From: Alphaproteobacteria bacterium
Lineage (GTDB): Bacteria > Pseudomonadota > Alphaproteobacteria > GCA-2731375
Direction of reading: 5' to 3'
Assembly (NCBI GenBank): GCA_028281075.1
Contig: JANQKO010000373.1
Span: forward strand, 1 to 34,441
Length of the DNA stretch: 34,441 nt
The stretch's first letter is position 1; the number at the start of each line of letters is the position of its first letter. The notes under the pieces were generated by a model. The model did no database searches and was not told the DNA's origin. It was given only the letters and a program-made list of their open reading frames with translations. Both the position numbers and the translations under genes were made by a program. Shown here piece by piece: positions 25,198 to 34,155 of the stretch.

Positions 25198-26241
25198 TCA
25201 ATAGTAATACGAATAGGCGCCGAAACGGTCGCCACCCGCCTCCATCTTGGCTTTATTTAGCACGAGATTGATATTCTGGCAGCCGCCCAGCAGCGTCAGC
25301 GCCGATTCGATGGCTTTCTGGCTGGTCTTTTCCGCCTCGACCACGAACAGAAGCTGGCCGACATGCATGGCCAGCACGCTCGGCTCGCTGGTCGCCAGCA
25401 CCGGCGGGGTGTCGATGATGATGACGCGGTCAGGGTAGCGCTCGGCCAGTTCCTCGACGAGCTGCCCCATGCGGTTGCTGGCGAGCAACTCGGTCGGGTT
25501 CATCACGTCGGTGCCGGCCGGCAGCAGTGTCAGGTTCGGGATGTCCGTGCGCTTCAGGACGTCGGCGAGATCGGTCGAGGGATCGGCGACCACGTTGAGC
25601 AGCCCCTTCTCGGCGGTCACGCCCAGCATGCCCATCGACGAATGCTCGCTGGTATTGTGCATGTCGGCATCGACCAGCAGCACGTTCAGGTCATGCTCGG
25701 ACACCATGCTCATGGCCAGGTTGACCGCCGTGTGCGACTTGCCTTCGCCCGGCCGCGCGCTCGTCACCATGATCAGGTTGCCGTTGCGCGTCCGCTGATC
25801 GTCGGTCGCGAAGGCCTTCAGCAGCAGGGGCCGCTTGATGAGGCGGAATTCCTCGACGATCTGGGTTCGCTCGCCCGCCGGCACGATGCAGCCGGCAAGC
25901 TGCAGACGCACCTGATCGATCTGCACGATGCCGCCGCGTCGGCCGCCATCGGCCGACGGGGCCGCGGGACGCCCGGACACCGGTGGCCGCGGGTCATCGG
26001 CGGCGGCCGGTCGCGGCGCGGGGGCCGGCGGCGTCTCGACGCCGGACGGGGCCGGCACCACCGCCGGCGCGGCGGGGGTCGGCGCGGCCGGTGCCGGCGC
26101 GGCACTCGCCGCTGCCGGCGGCGGCATGCCCGTCGCGGCAATGCGCTGCGCCGCCTTCTCGACCAGCGACGCGCCGCCGTCCGACCGGGCGCGGTCGGCG
26201 GCCCGCTGGATCAGGCCTGGTACCCTCGCTTCCGAGCTCAT
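25198..26241 (-). CDS. XrtA-associated BY-kinase (tyrosine autokinase, TIGR03018-like)
   Basis: EEFRLIKRPLL, Walker A TSARPGEGKS, A' LLVDAD, B IIIDTPP and C-terminal Tyr cluster YSYYY. Pro/Ala-rich N-terminal linker. Confidence 0.93.
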   Translation of the reverse strand: MSSEARVPGLIQRAADRARSDGGASLVEKAAQRIAATGMPPPAAASAAPAPAAPTPAAPAVVPAPSGVETPPAPAPRPAAADDPRPPVSGRPAAPSADGGRRGGIVQIDQVRLQLAGCIVPAGERTQIVEEFRLIKRPLLLKAFATDDQRTRNGNLIMVTSARPGEGKSHTAVNLAMSMVSEHDLNVLLVDADMHNTSEHSSMGMLGVTAEKGLLNVVADPSTDLADVLKRTDIPNLTLLPAGTDVMNPTELLASNRMGQLVEELAERYPDRVIIIDTPPVLATSEPSVLAMHVGQLLFVVEAEKTSQKAIESALTLLGGCQNINLVLNKAKMEAGGDRFGAYSYYY

Positions 26242-27860
26242 ATCAGTTGCGTCAACTCAAGTTCAGACATGTTCTGCCGCAACGGAACCTCGAACACGAT
26301 CAGGCCACCGAAGACCAGCAGCAGACAGACGCAGGCGACCGCGAAACCGGCGAGGCCCGCATGCTGCCGTCGTCGGTTGCCGCTGGACACGATCGCCGAT
26401 ACCGCGCCCAGCACGGGCAGGCCGAACGTGTCGCGCAGGCTGGCCGTGTTGTGGAACGAGACGTCCATCTGCGACAGCAGGTAGGCAAAGGCGATGCCGG
26501 ACCCCAGACCGGCGGCCAGCACGATCGTCATGAAGAACGGCCGGTTCGGCCCGTTCGGGATGGTCGGCACTTCCGGCGGATCGACGATCCGGAACTGAAT
26601 GTCGGTTTCGGCGTCGACGGCCTGCGCGATCTTCGCCGACTCGCGCCGGGCCAGAAGCTGCTCGTAGTTGCTCTTGATCACCGAATAGTCACGGTTCAGG
26701 CCCGACAGCCGGGCCTCGACCAGCGGCGCCGTCGTCGCCATCTTCTCGAAGTAGGCGAGGTCCTCGGCGGCCCGGTTCAATTGGCGTTCGCGCGTGGTGA
26801 CCTGGGATTCGGCATCGACCAGGCGCAGCTTGATATGCTCGTAGAGCGCGTTCGGCACCTTGGTCTTGGCGCCGCCGCCGCCGGTATCCTCGCCCTCCGC
26901 CTCGGCTTCGGCCGCCGCGAGCAGACGCTCCTCTTCCTGCGCCAACTGCTCGTGCAGGTATTCGATCTGCCGGCGCGAGGCGATCACGTCGGGATGCGCC
27001 TCGGTATAGCGGCCCAGCAGCAGCACGATCTGCCGCTCGGCTTCCTTGATCCGGCGTTCCAGCTCGACGATCGGCGAGCTCGCGGCATCGCCGCTGTTGA
27101 AGATCACCTGCGGCGTGGCGTCGACCTCGAGATATTGCGGCACGGTCGCGATCTGCTCGCGCAACTGGTCACGCAAGGCCAGCGCGTCCTGATGCTCGGC
27201 CTTGGCGCGCTCCAGCGCCGCGGCCGCGGCCTGGCGCTTGCCGACATAGCCGCCGGCGCCGCGGCCGAATTCGAGGTTGTTGGCCTTGAAGTCGGCCAGC
27301 CGGCGCTCGGCCTCCTGAAGCTGGCGCTCGTAGACGGCGAGCTGGGCCTCCAGAAAGGCGCGCGCCTTCTCCATGTCCGACCGGTTCTCGCCCAGATTGT
27401 TTTCGACGAAGATATTCACCAGCGACTGCACGACCCGCTGGGCCAGCTTCGGGTCCTCGCTCTCATAGGCGATCGTGAACAGGTCACGGCCCTGGGATCT
27501 GATCGAGATCCGCTCGGCGACACTCTTGATCAGCGCGTCCATCTCGGCGTCCGTCTCGACCGTCAGGTCGAGGTCGGTCATGCGGATGATCTCCAGCATG
27601 TTCGGCCGGCTGAGCAGGGTCCGCTTCATGAAGGCGACCTGCTGGTTCAGGTTCGGCGCCACGGTCAGGCCGCGCAGCAACGGCGCCAGCATGGTCTGGG
27701 TGTCGACATAGATCCGGGTCCGGGACTCGTACCGGTCGGGCATGTTCAGGACCACGAACCAGCCCCCCAGGCAGAGCCCCCAGGCGATGCCGGCAATGAT
27801 CCAGCGCCGGCGCCAGATGGCCCGCAAAATGGCCAGAATTTGCGTCCGCAGATCACCCAT
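26238..27860 (-). CDS. XrtA system polysaccharide chain-length determinant (TIGR03007-like)
   Basis: IWRRRW + TM, PDRYES..RIYVDT, LLSRPN, long coiled coil, YTEAHPD, LNRDY, FRIVDPP..P..P.GPNR, TM and LPVLG. AGGA RBS before ATG 27860. Confidence 0.93.
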   Translation of the reverse strand: MGDLRTQILAILRAIWRRRWIIAGIAWGLCLGGWFVVLNMPDRYESRTRIYVDTQTMLAPLLRGLTVAPNLNQQVAFMKRTLLSRPNMLEIIRMTDLDLTVETDAEMDALIKSVAERISIRSQGRDLFTIAYESEDPKLAQRVVQSLVNIFVENNLGENRSDMEKARAFLEAQLAVYERQLQEAERRLADFKANNLEFGRGAGGYVGKRQAAAAALERAKAEHQDALALRDQLREQIATVPQYLEVDATPQVIFNSGDAASSPIVELERRIKEAERQIVLLLGRYTEAHPDVIASRRQIEYLHEQLAQEEERLLAAAEAEAEGEDTGGGGAKTKVPNALYEHIKLRLVDAESQVTTRERQLNRAAEDLAYFEKMATTAPLVEARLSGLNRDYSVIKSNYEQLLARRESAKIAQAVDAETDIQFRIVDPPEVPTIPNGPNRPFFMTIVLAAGLGSGIAFAYLLSQMDVSFHNTASLRDTFGLPVLGAVSAIVSSGNRRRQHAGLAGFAVACVCLLLVFGGLIVFEVPLRQNMSELELTQLI

Positions 27861-27937
27861 TTCGCTCTTTCCTTGGATCGGTTCCGGCCGGACCAAACCG
27901 GCAGGTAACCTTATAATCCAAAGTCAGTCAGGCATTC

Positions 27938-27955
27938 ATGTGACAGCAGTCACAT
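27938..27955. promoter_or_regulatory. Perfect palindromic operator ATGTGAC-agca-GTCACAT (CRP-type TGTGA-N6-TCACA; also TGT-N10-ACA)
   Basis: Read directly in the AT-rich gap between the export gene and the chain-length gene. A TATAAG hexamer lies on the minus strand at 27910-27915. Confidence 0.6.
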
Positions 27956-28009
27956 CACACAAAGTGATCACGCTACCGCACACACATAAATGATGTCTTT
28001 AAGCTCTTC

Positions 28010-28630
28010 TTAGAAGAAGCTCTGGGGCACGATGATCACGTCGCCCGGCAGCATCTCCACGTTGGCGCTGACATCGCCGTCCTTCAGGAGGTCGTCCAAT
28101 CGCACCCGGAAGCTCTTGTTCTCGCCCTCGATCCGCCGCACCACGACGGTCCGGTTGCCGGCGGCGAACTGGGTCAGGCCGCCGACGGCGATCATGACGT
28201 CGAGTACGGTCATATCGTCACGATACGGAATGGCCGACGGCTGGGCCGCCTCGCCGACCACCCGGACCTGCTGGTCGAACGGACCGACGAAACCGGTGAC
28301 GATGACGGTGACGATCGGGTCCTGGATAAACTTCTTGAGCTCTTCCTCGATGTCCCGGGCGAGCTGCGTCGGCGTCTTGTTGGCCGCCTGCAGATCCTCG
28401 ATCAGCGGCGAGGAGATCTTCCCGTCCGGCCGCACGGGCAGCGAAATGCCCAGTTCCGGGTTGCGCCAGACGAAGACGCTCAAGTTGTCGCCGGCACCGA
28501 TCAGATAGTCCGGCGTCGGCTGCTCCTCGGTGATCGTCGGCGCCAGCTCCCGGCCCGAACAGGCCGCGACCAGCATGACCGCCGCCGCCAGCGCCAAGCC
28601 ACGGACGGGAAAGAAAGCAGATTTCGTCAT
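28010..28630 (-). CDS. XrtA/PEP-CTERM exopolysaccharide export lipoprotein (Wza-like, TIGR03027-like)
   Basis: Lipobox VAAC, YLIGAGD.L.VFVWRNPEL, VRPDGKIS.PL, VRVVGEA, AVGGLTQFAAGN and PGDVIIVPQSFF. Confidence 0.95.
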   Translation of the reverse strand: MTKSAFFPVRGLALAAAVMLVAACSGRELAPTITEEQPTPDYLIGAGDNLSVFVWRNPELGISLPVRPDGKISSPLIEDLQAANKTPTQLARDIEEELKKFIQDPIVTVIVTGFVGPFDQQVRVVGEAAQPSAIPYRDDMTVLDVMIAVGGLTQFAAGNRTVVVRRIEGENKSFRVRLDDLLKDGDVSANVEMLPGDVIIVPQSFF

Positions 28631-28754
28631 CGCCGCCTACCTCGAGGTCGCCATACATTCCACGCACCGGTTGCCGATGCGTACGCGCCGCCGCGCCCAG
28701 AGCCGGCCCGGCAACAGCAACTTGCCAACACCGCAACCTATGTGCTTTGAACTA

Positions 28755-28770
28755 AGCAATTGTTTAGCCT
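28755..28770 (-). promoter_or_regulatory. Weak candidate sigma54 (-24/-12) promoter for the export operon
   Basis: Minus strand AGGCTAAACAATTGCT is GG-N10-GC with a canonical TTGCT, but the -24 flank departs from TGGCAC. Confidence 0.3.
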
Positions 28771-28859
28771 GTAAGATCGCGTTTGTCAGGCGATAATTAC
28801 GTGTCCCGGCGGTTGCCGGCCGCGACGGCGCGATCGTAGGGACAGCGGGCGGCGACGAA

Positions 28860-29960
28860 TTGACTTCGAACAACGCGGCTCCGCCGCACGACGGCGCCGG
28901 CCCGGCTTTCGAGACGGACTATGCCGCCCTCTTCCGCCGGAGCGCCAGCCCGGACTATTACGCCCATCCCGACTGGTTCCGGAACCTCGCGGCAACCTGC
29001 CTCACCGCGTCCGAGAACGCCGTGCTGTTCACGGCGCGCGATGCCGATGGTGCCGCGGTCGCCGCCCTGCCGGCCAGGCGGCATGCGGCATCCGACATCT
29101 TCCCCGGCGCCCGCGCGATCGGCAGCCTGACCAACTTTTACGCCTGCAACTTCACGATCGCCGCCCGGCCGGACGCCGACCTGGCGGCCGCCTGTCGGCA
29201 GATCGTCGACGCCATGACGGCGGACGGCCACCGGCCCGATATCCTGCGCCTCGACACCCTGCCGCGCGAGGCGCCGGCCTTCGATGCCCTGGTCGCGACG
29301 ATCCGCGCGCGCGGCTGGCCGCTGCGGACCTATTTCCACTTCGGCAACTGGTTCGAGACCGTCGCCGGGCTCGGCTATGACGACTATCTCGCCCGCCGTC
29401 CGTCGCGCCTGCGCAACACCATCGCGCGCAAGCGGCGCCAGCTCGAAAAGACGCACGACGTGGACTTCGAGATCTGCCGCTCGCCGGCCGAGGTCGCGGC
29501 GGCCATGGCCGGCTACGAGACGATCTACGCGGAAAGCTGGAAGCCGGCCGAGCCGTTTCCCGCCTTCACGCCGGGACTGGCCCGGTCCGCGGCGGCGAAC
29601 GGCGCCCTGCGCCTGGGCATCTGCCGCCTCGACGGCGTGCCCGCGGCGGCCCAGATCTGGCTGACCTACGGGGGCCGCGCGACGATCTTCAAGCTGGCCG
29701 ACGCGGCCCGCCACCGCCGGCGCTCGCTCGGCACCGTGCTGACGGCGGAAATGATGCGGCACGCCCTGGAGGTCGATCAGGTGCGCGAGGTCGATTTCGG
29801 CCGCGGCGACGACGCCTATAAGCGCGACTGGCTGTCGCAGCGGCGCGAGCGCTGGGGCATCCTCGCCTGCAACCCCCGGAGCCTCAGGGGCCTGGCCGCG
29901 GCCGGGCGGCACCTGCTGCTGCCGGCGCTGAGGGACCGGCTGCGCCGCCGGCCGCGCTGA
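28860..29960 (+). CDS. CelD/BcsL-like GNAT acyltransferase
   Basis: SLTNFYA, YFHFGNWF, YDDYLARRPSRLRNTIARK, YAESWKPAE, LRLGICRLDGVPAAAQIW, IFKLA, SLGTVLT and VDFGRGDDAYKRDW. Confidence 0.88.
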   Translation: MTSNNAAPPHDGAGPAFETDYAALFRRSASPDYYAHPDWFRNLAATCLTASENAVLFTARDADGAAVAALPARRHAASDIFPGARAIGSLTNFYACNFTIAARPDADLAAACRQIVDAMTADGHRPDILRLDTLPREAPAFDALVATIRARGWPLRTYFHFGNWFETVAGLGYDDYLARRPSRLRNTIARKRRQLEKTHDVDFEICRSPAEVAAAMAGYETIYAESWKPAEPFPAFTPGLARSAAANGALRLGICRLDGVPAAAQIWLTYGGRATIFKLADAARHRRRSLGTVLTAEMMRHALEVDQVREVDFGRGDDAYKRDWLSQRRERWGILACNPRSLRGLAAAGRHLLLPALRDRLRRRPR

Positions 29961-31185
29961 GCCGGTGGCGCGCCAGCGTCCGTTCGCAGATCTCCTCGAA
30001 GATACGCGCGACGCCGGGCGCGCTGAAATGCCGCTCGACATAGGACCGCGCGGTCGTCGCCAGCCGTTCGCTCAAGGCGGCGTCGGCCAGCAGGCGCAGG
30101 ACCTCGGCGGCAAAGCCGTCGGCCGTGTCGGCGCGCAGGTAATGTTGACCCTCGTCGAGCGGCAGTCCTTCGACCCCGATCGTGGTCGAGACCACCGGGC
30201 AGCCCATGGCCATGGCCTCGTAGACCTTGATGCGCGTGCCGCCGCCGACGCGCAGCGGAATGGCATAGACCTGCGCCGCGTGCACGTGGGGCCGGATATC
30301 GTCGACGAAGCCGGTAAAGGTCCAGGGCAGGCCGCGCCGGCGCGCCCGCTCGACCAGGTGCGCCGGCGGGTCGCGGCCGACGACGACGACGTTCGCCGCC
30401 GGCGCGGCCCGCGCCACCGTCGGCCAGATCGCGTCCATGAAGAACTCGATGCCATCGATGTTGGCGGCCCAGTTCATCGAGCCGGTGAAGACGATGGTGC
30501 CGCCCCCGGGCGGTCCCGGCGGCGGTGCCCGAAAGCCGAAGAAATCGAGATCGACGGCCGTCGGAATCGCCTCGACGACCGGGCTGCCATAGGCCTGCCG
30601 GAAATGCTCGGCATCACGCTCCGACACGGCGATCACGGTATCGAACCGCCGCAGCGCCGCCCGCTCGAACCGGACCATCTTGCGCCACTGGTCCCGCCAC
30701 ACCGCGCGGCTGACCGAATTGCCGGCCACGTCCACGTGCCGGGCGAAGATCTCGGCTTCGACGTTATGCGTGAACAGCAGCGACGCGGGCGCGAGGTCCT
30801 CGGGCGTCAGCACCGCCGCGTGCGCGAAGTCGGTGACGACCAGATCGCAGCCGCGCGCCAGCTCGGCCCGGACCGCCGCCAAACCGGCGGCCGAGCGGTC
30901 GCAGGCCACGGCGACCGGCAGCGACGACAGCAGATACGACAGCCGGCGCAGGCCGAACCACCTGCCCTGGCGGCGAAACGGCCAGTCGACGAAGCGGTCG
31001 CAGACCGCGGCGAGCTCGTCGGCATGGCGTTCCGGCTGCCCCGGCCGGGCCGGCGACAGCAGCGTGATCTCGAAGCTGCCGCCCTTCAGGCCGCGCAGGA
31101 CGTTGGTGGTGCGGATCTTGCCGCCGGCGTCGGTGGGAAACAGGAATTGCGGCGAAATGAACAGCAGCCGCGGGCGTGCCGTCAC
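29884..31185 (-). CDS. Glycosyltransferase family 4
   Basis: FPTDAGGKIRT, FTHNVEAEI, VSERD, VFTGSMNWAANIDG and GGGTRIKVYEAMAMG.PVVST..GVEGL. GTG start overlaps the upstream stop. Confidence 0.92.
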   Translation of the reverse strand: MTARPRLLFISPQFLFPTDAGGKIRTTNVLRGLKGGSFEITLLSPARPGQPERHADELAAVCDRFVDWPFRRQGRWFGLRRLSYLLSSLPVAVACDRSAAGLAAVRAELARGCDLVVTDFAHAAVLTPEDLAPASLLFTHNVEAEIFARHVDVAGNSVSRAVWRDQWRKMVRFERAALRRFDTVIAVSERDAEHFRQAYGSPVVEAIPTAVDLDFFGFRAPPPGPPGGGTIVFTGSMNWAANIDGIEFFMDAIWPTVARAAPAANVVVVGRDPPAHLVERARRRGLPWTFTGFVDDIRPHVHAAQVYAIPLRVGGGTRIKVYEAMAMGCPVVSTTIGVEGLPLDEGQHYLRADTADGFAAEVLRLLADAALSERLATTARSYVERHFSAPGVARIFEEICERTLARHRLSAAGGAAGPSAPAAAGAARPRPGP

Positions 31186-32498
31186 CAGCAGACGCCTTCA
31201 TAATCGGCGCCGTCGAGGTCTTCGAGCGCCTTGACGCCCTGGAGATCGACGATGGTCCGCCCGCCATGGCCGGCGGCGATCGCGTCGACGGCGCGCCGGT
31301 CCGCGTGCCCGATGACGATGGTGCCGGCGCCGTCGAGCGCGGCGACGGGATCGGCCACCAGCATCCGCTCGACATGCGGTATCTCGCGGTCGATGAAGTC
31401 CCGGTTGGCGCCCATCAGACGGCTCGCCTCGACATGCGGATCATGGATCGCCAGCGCGTAGCCCTTGCCGATCAGCCGCTCGGCCAGCGCCACCAGCGGC
31501 GATTCGCGCAGATCGTCCGTGCCCGGCTTGAAGGCGAGGCCGAACAGCGCCACCTTGCGCCGGCCATGGCGGGTGACCATCTCGAAGGCACGGTCGATAT
31601 GGGCGTCGTTACTGGCCAGCACCTGGTCGAGAAGCGGTAGCCGCAGCTCGGCCTCGCGGGCGAAGGCGAGCAGGCCGCGCAGATCCTTCGGCAGGCAGGA
31701 GCCGCCGAAAGCGTAGCCGGGACGCAGATAGGCCGGCGAAATGTTCAGCTCGGTATCGCGGCAGAAGATCTCCATCGCCTCGCGCCCGTCCATGCCGAGC
31801 GACTTCAGCAGCGCGCCGGCCTCGTTGGCGAAGGCGATCTTCAACGCGTGGTAGACGTTGCAGAGATACTTCACCGACTCGGCGATACGGAAGCCAGTCC
31901 GGACCACCGGCGCGTCGATGCCCTTGTACAGCGCCTCGACGGCGTCGAAGGCAGCGTTGGCGTCGGCGCCGATGATCGTGAACGGCGGCTCGTGGAAGTC
32001 GCGGACCGACCGGCCCTCGCGCAGGAACTCGGGATTGAAGGCGACGTCGAGTCCCTCGCCCAGCGTCCGCCCGGAATGGGCGGCAAGCGCCGGCGCGATA
32101 CGCGCTTCGGTCGTGCCCGGCGGGATCGTGCTGCGGGCGACGACGACGTGCGGCGTGGTCTTGTCCCGGAGCGCCAAGCCGATATCTCGGCTGACGGCGT
32201 CGATGGCGTTGAGCGACGGCGCGCCGCCGCGGCTGCTCGGGGTGCCGACCGAGATCAGCGAGATGTCGCTCTCGGCGACCGCCTCGGCCGTGTCGCCGGA
32301 GACCCGCAGGCGGCCGCTGTCGACGCCCTGCCTGACCAGGTCGTCGATATCGTCCTCGACGATGGGCGAGGCCCCCGACCGCAGCATGTCCAGCTTGCGC
32401 GGATCGACGTCGACGCCGATGACGTCATGGCCCAGCCTGGCGAAGCAGGCCGCCGAGACGGCACCGACATAGCCCATGCCGAAAATCGAAACTCTCAT
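31182..32498 (-). CDS. Nucleotide-sugar dehydrogenase, GDP-mannose 6-dehydrogenase (AlgD)-like
   Basis: MRVSIFGMGYVGAVSAAC, VGTPS, RSTIPPGT, NPEFLREG, KYLCNVYHALKIAFANE, YLRPGYAFGGSCLPKD and FKPGTDDLRESP. Confidence 0.9.
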   Translation of the reverse strand: MRVSIFGMGYVGAVSAACFARLGHDVIGVDVDPRKLDMLRSGASPIVEDDIDDLVRQGVDSGRLRVSGDTAEAVAESDISLISVGTPSSRGGAPSLNAIDAVSRDIGLALRDKTTPHVVVARSTIPPGTTEARIAPALAAHSGRTLGEGLDVAFNPEFLREGRSVRDFHEPPFTIIGADANAAFDAVEALYKGIDAPVVRTGFRIAESVKYLCNVYHALKIAFANEAGALLKSLGMDGREAMEIFCRDTELNISPAYLRPGYAFGGSCLPKDLRGLLAFAREAELRLPLLDQVLASNDAHIDRAFEMVTRHGRRKVALFGLAFKPGTDDLRESPLVALAERLIGKGYALAIHDPHVEASRLMGANRDFIDREIPHVERMLVADPVAALDGAGTIVIGHADRRAVDAIAAGHGGRTIVDLQGVKALEDLDGADYEGVCW

Positions 32499-32589
32499 CG
32501 TACGGCCGTCTCACTCGGATGCGCGCGCTGTGCTATTTCGCGACAGGCACGGGCGGCGCCGGATCGGTTCCCGGCGATCAATGCACGAT

Positions 32590-33918
32590 TCACGCCATCA
32601 CCACGTTGGACCGCCCCTCGCGCCACGGCCCGGTGGCGTTCCGGGTATCGACCACCAGCCGGCAGTTCTCGACCACCGCCGCATAGTCGACGTCGTCATG
32701 ATCGGTGCAGATCAGCGCCGCGTCATATTCGCGCAGGGCCTGGGCCGACCAGGCGATGCCGCGGCGCCCGGCCAGCGTCGCGTGCTCGCGCGTCTTCGGG
32801 ATCTCGGCGACATGGGGATCGTAATAGTCGACCCGCACGCCGCGGGCCTCCAGGGTGGCGATGATGCGAAACGCCGGGCTCTCGCGGGTATCGTCGACAT
32901 TCTTCTTGTAGGCCAGCCCCAGGACCAGGATCCGCGCGCCGTTCAGCGGCGTCGAGAACCGCATGTCGAGGGCCGTCGCCAGGCGGTCGACGACATAGGC
33001 CGGCATGCCGGTATTGACCTCGCCGGCCAGCTCGATGAACCGGGTGGCGACGTCGAACTCGCGCGCCTTCCAGGTCAGATAGAACGGATCGATCGGGATG
33101 CAGTGACCGCCCAGGCCCGGGCCCGGGTAGAACGGCATATAGCCGAAAGGCTTGCTTTTCGCCGCCTCGATCACTTCCCAGACATCGATGTCCATGCTGT
33201 CGAAGACGACCTTGAGCTCGTTGACGAGCGCGATATTCACGGCCCGGAAGATATTCTCGGTCAGCTTCACGGCCTCGGCGGTGGCGAGCGATGTCACCGG
33301 CACCACCCGCGGCACGATCCGGCCATAGAGCGCCCCGGCAAGCCGGGACGAGGCGGCATCATGGCCGCCGACGACTTTCGGAATGGTTGACGTCTCGAAG
33401 TCGATGTTGCCCGGGTCCTCGCGCTCGGGCGAGTAGGCGAGGTAGAAGTCCCGGCCGCAGACCAGGCCGGTGGCCTCCAGGACCGGCTTTACCAGCTCGG
33501 CGGTGGTGCCGGGATAGGTCGTCGATTCGAGCACCACCAGGTGCCCAGGCCGCAGATGTTCGGCCACCGTCGCCGCCGTCGCCTCCACGAAGGACATGTC
33601 CGGCTCGCGATGACGGGTCAGCGGCGTCGGAATACAGAGCAGAACCGCGTCGGCCTCGCGCAGCCGCGAGAAATCCGTCGTCGCCTGGAACCGGCCGTCG
33701 GCGACGATCCGCTCGATCGCCGAACTGGGAATGTGCTTGAGATACGAGCGGCCGGCGTTCAGCGCCGCCACCCGCTGTTCATCGACATCGAAGCCCAGGA
33801 TCGGCAGGCCCTGCCGGACGAATGCCTGGGTCAGCGGCAGGCCGACATAGCCCAGGCCGATGACGCCGACGACGTAGTCGCCGCTTTCGATGCGCTGTTC
33901 TAGCTGTTCAATCATCAT
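32590..33918 (-). CDS. Nucleotide-sugar dehydrogenase, UDP-N-acetylhexosamine 6-dehydrogenase (WbpA/WecC-like)
   Basis: GLGYVGLPL, CIPTPL..HREPD, LESTTYPGTT, SPEREDPGN, KLTENIFRAVNIALVNE, GPGLGGHCIPIDP and YKKNVDDTRESP. Confidence 0.93.
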   Translation of the reverse strand: MMIEQLEQRIESGDYVVGVIGLGYVGLPLTQAFVRQGLPILGFDVDEQRVAALNAGRSYLKHIPSSAIERIVADGRFQATTDFSRLREADAVLLCIPTPLTRHREPDMSFVEATAATVAEHLRPGHLVVLESTTYPGTTAELVKPVLEATGLVCGRDFYLAYSPEREDPGNIDFETSTIPKVVGGHDAASSRLAGALYGRIVPRVVPVTSLATAEAVKLTENIFRAVNIALVNELKVVFDSMDIDVWEVIEAAKSKPFGYMPFYPGPGLGGHCIPIDPFYLTWKAREFDVATRFIELAGEVNTGMPAYVVDRLATALDMRFSTPLNGARILVLGLAYKKNVDDTRESPAFRIIATLEARGVRVDYYDPHVAEIPKTREHATLAGRRGIAWSAQALREYDAALICTDHDDVDYAAVVENCRLVVDTRNATGPWREGRSNVVMA

Positions 33919-34155
33919 ACGATTCCCGGCTGGCGGCGGCGCGCCCGCCCGACCCGCAGCATCGGCACCAATAGTGGAAGGTTATTGGGACGATCTTCAT
34001 CTATTCGAAAGATCATTGTGTTGGAAGCTCTGTTTTAATATCTAGCGGCCCAACGCCTGCCAAGTTGAGAATCATCAGGTCCCTTCCGGCCGCGTCCGGA
34101 CCGCTCGGACCCGAGCCGTCGTCTTTTCGAAGCAATGAACCGAGCCGAACCCGAC

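Noticed and set aside
25940-26130. Pro/Ala-rich GC repeats in the BY-kinase gene
   Set aside because: Ordinary low-complexity protein linker with no regular DNA repeat unit.
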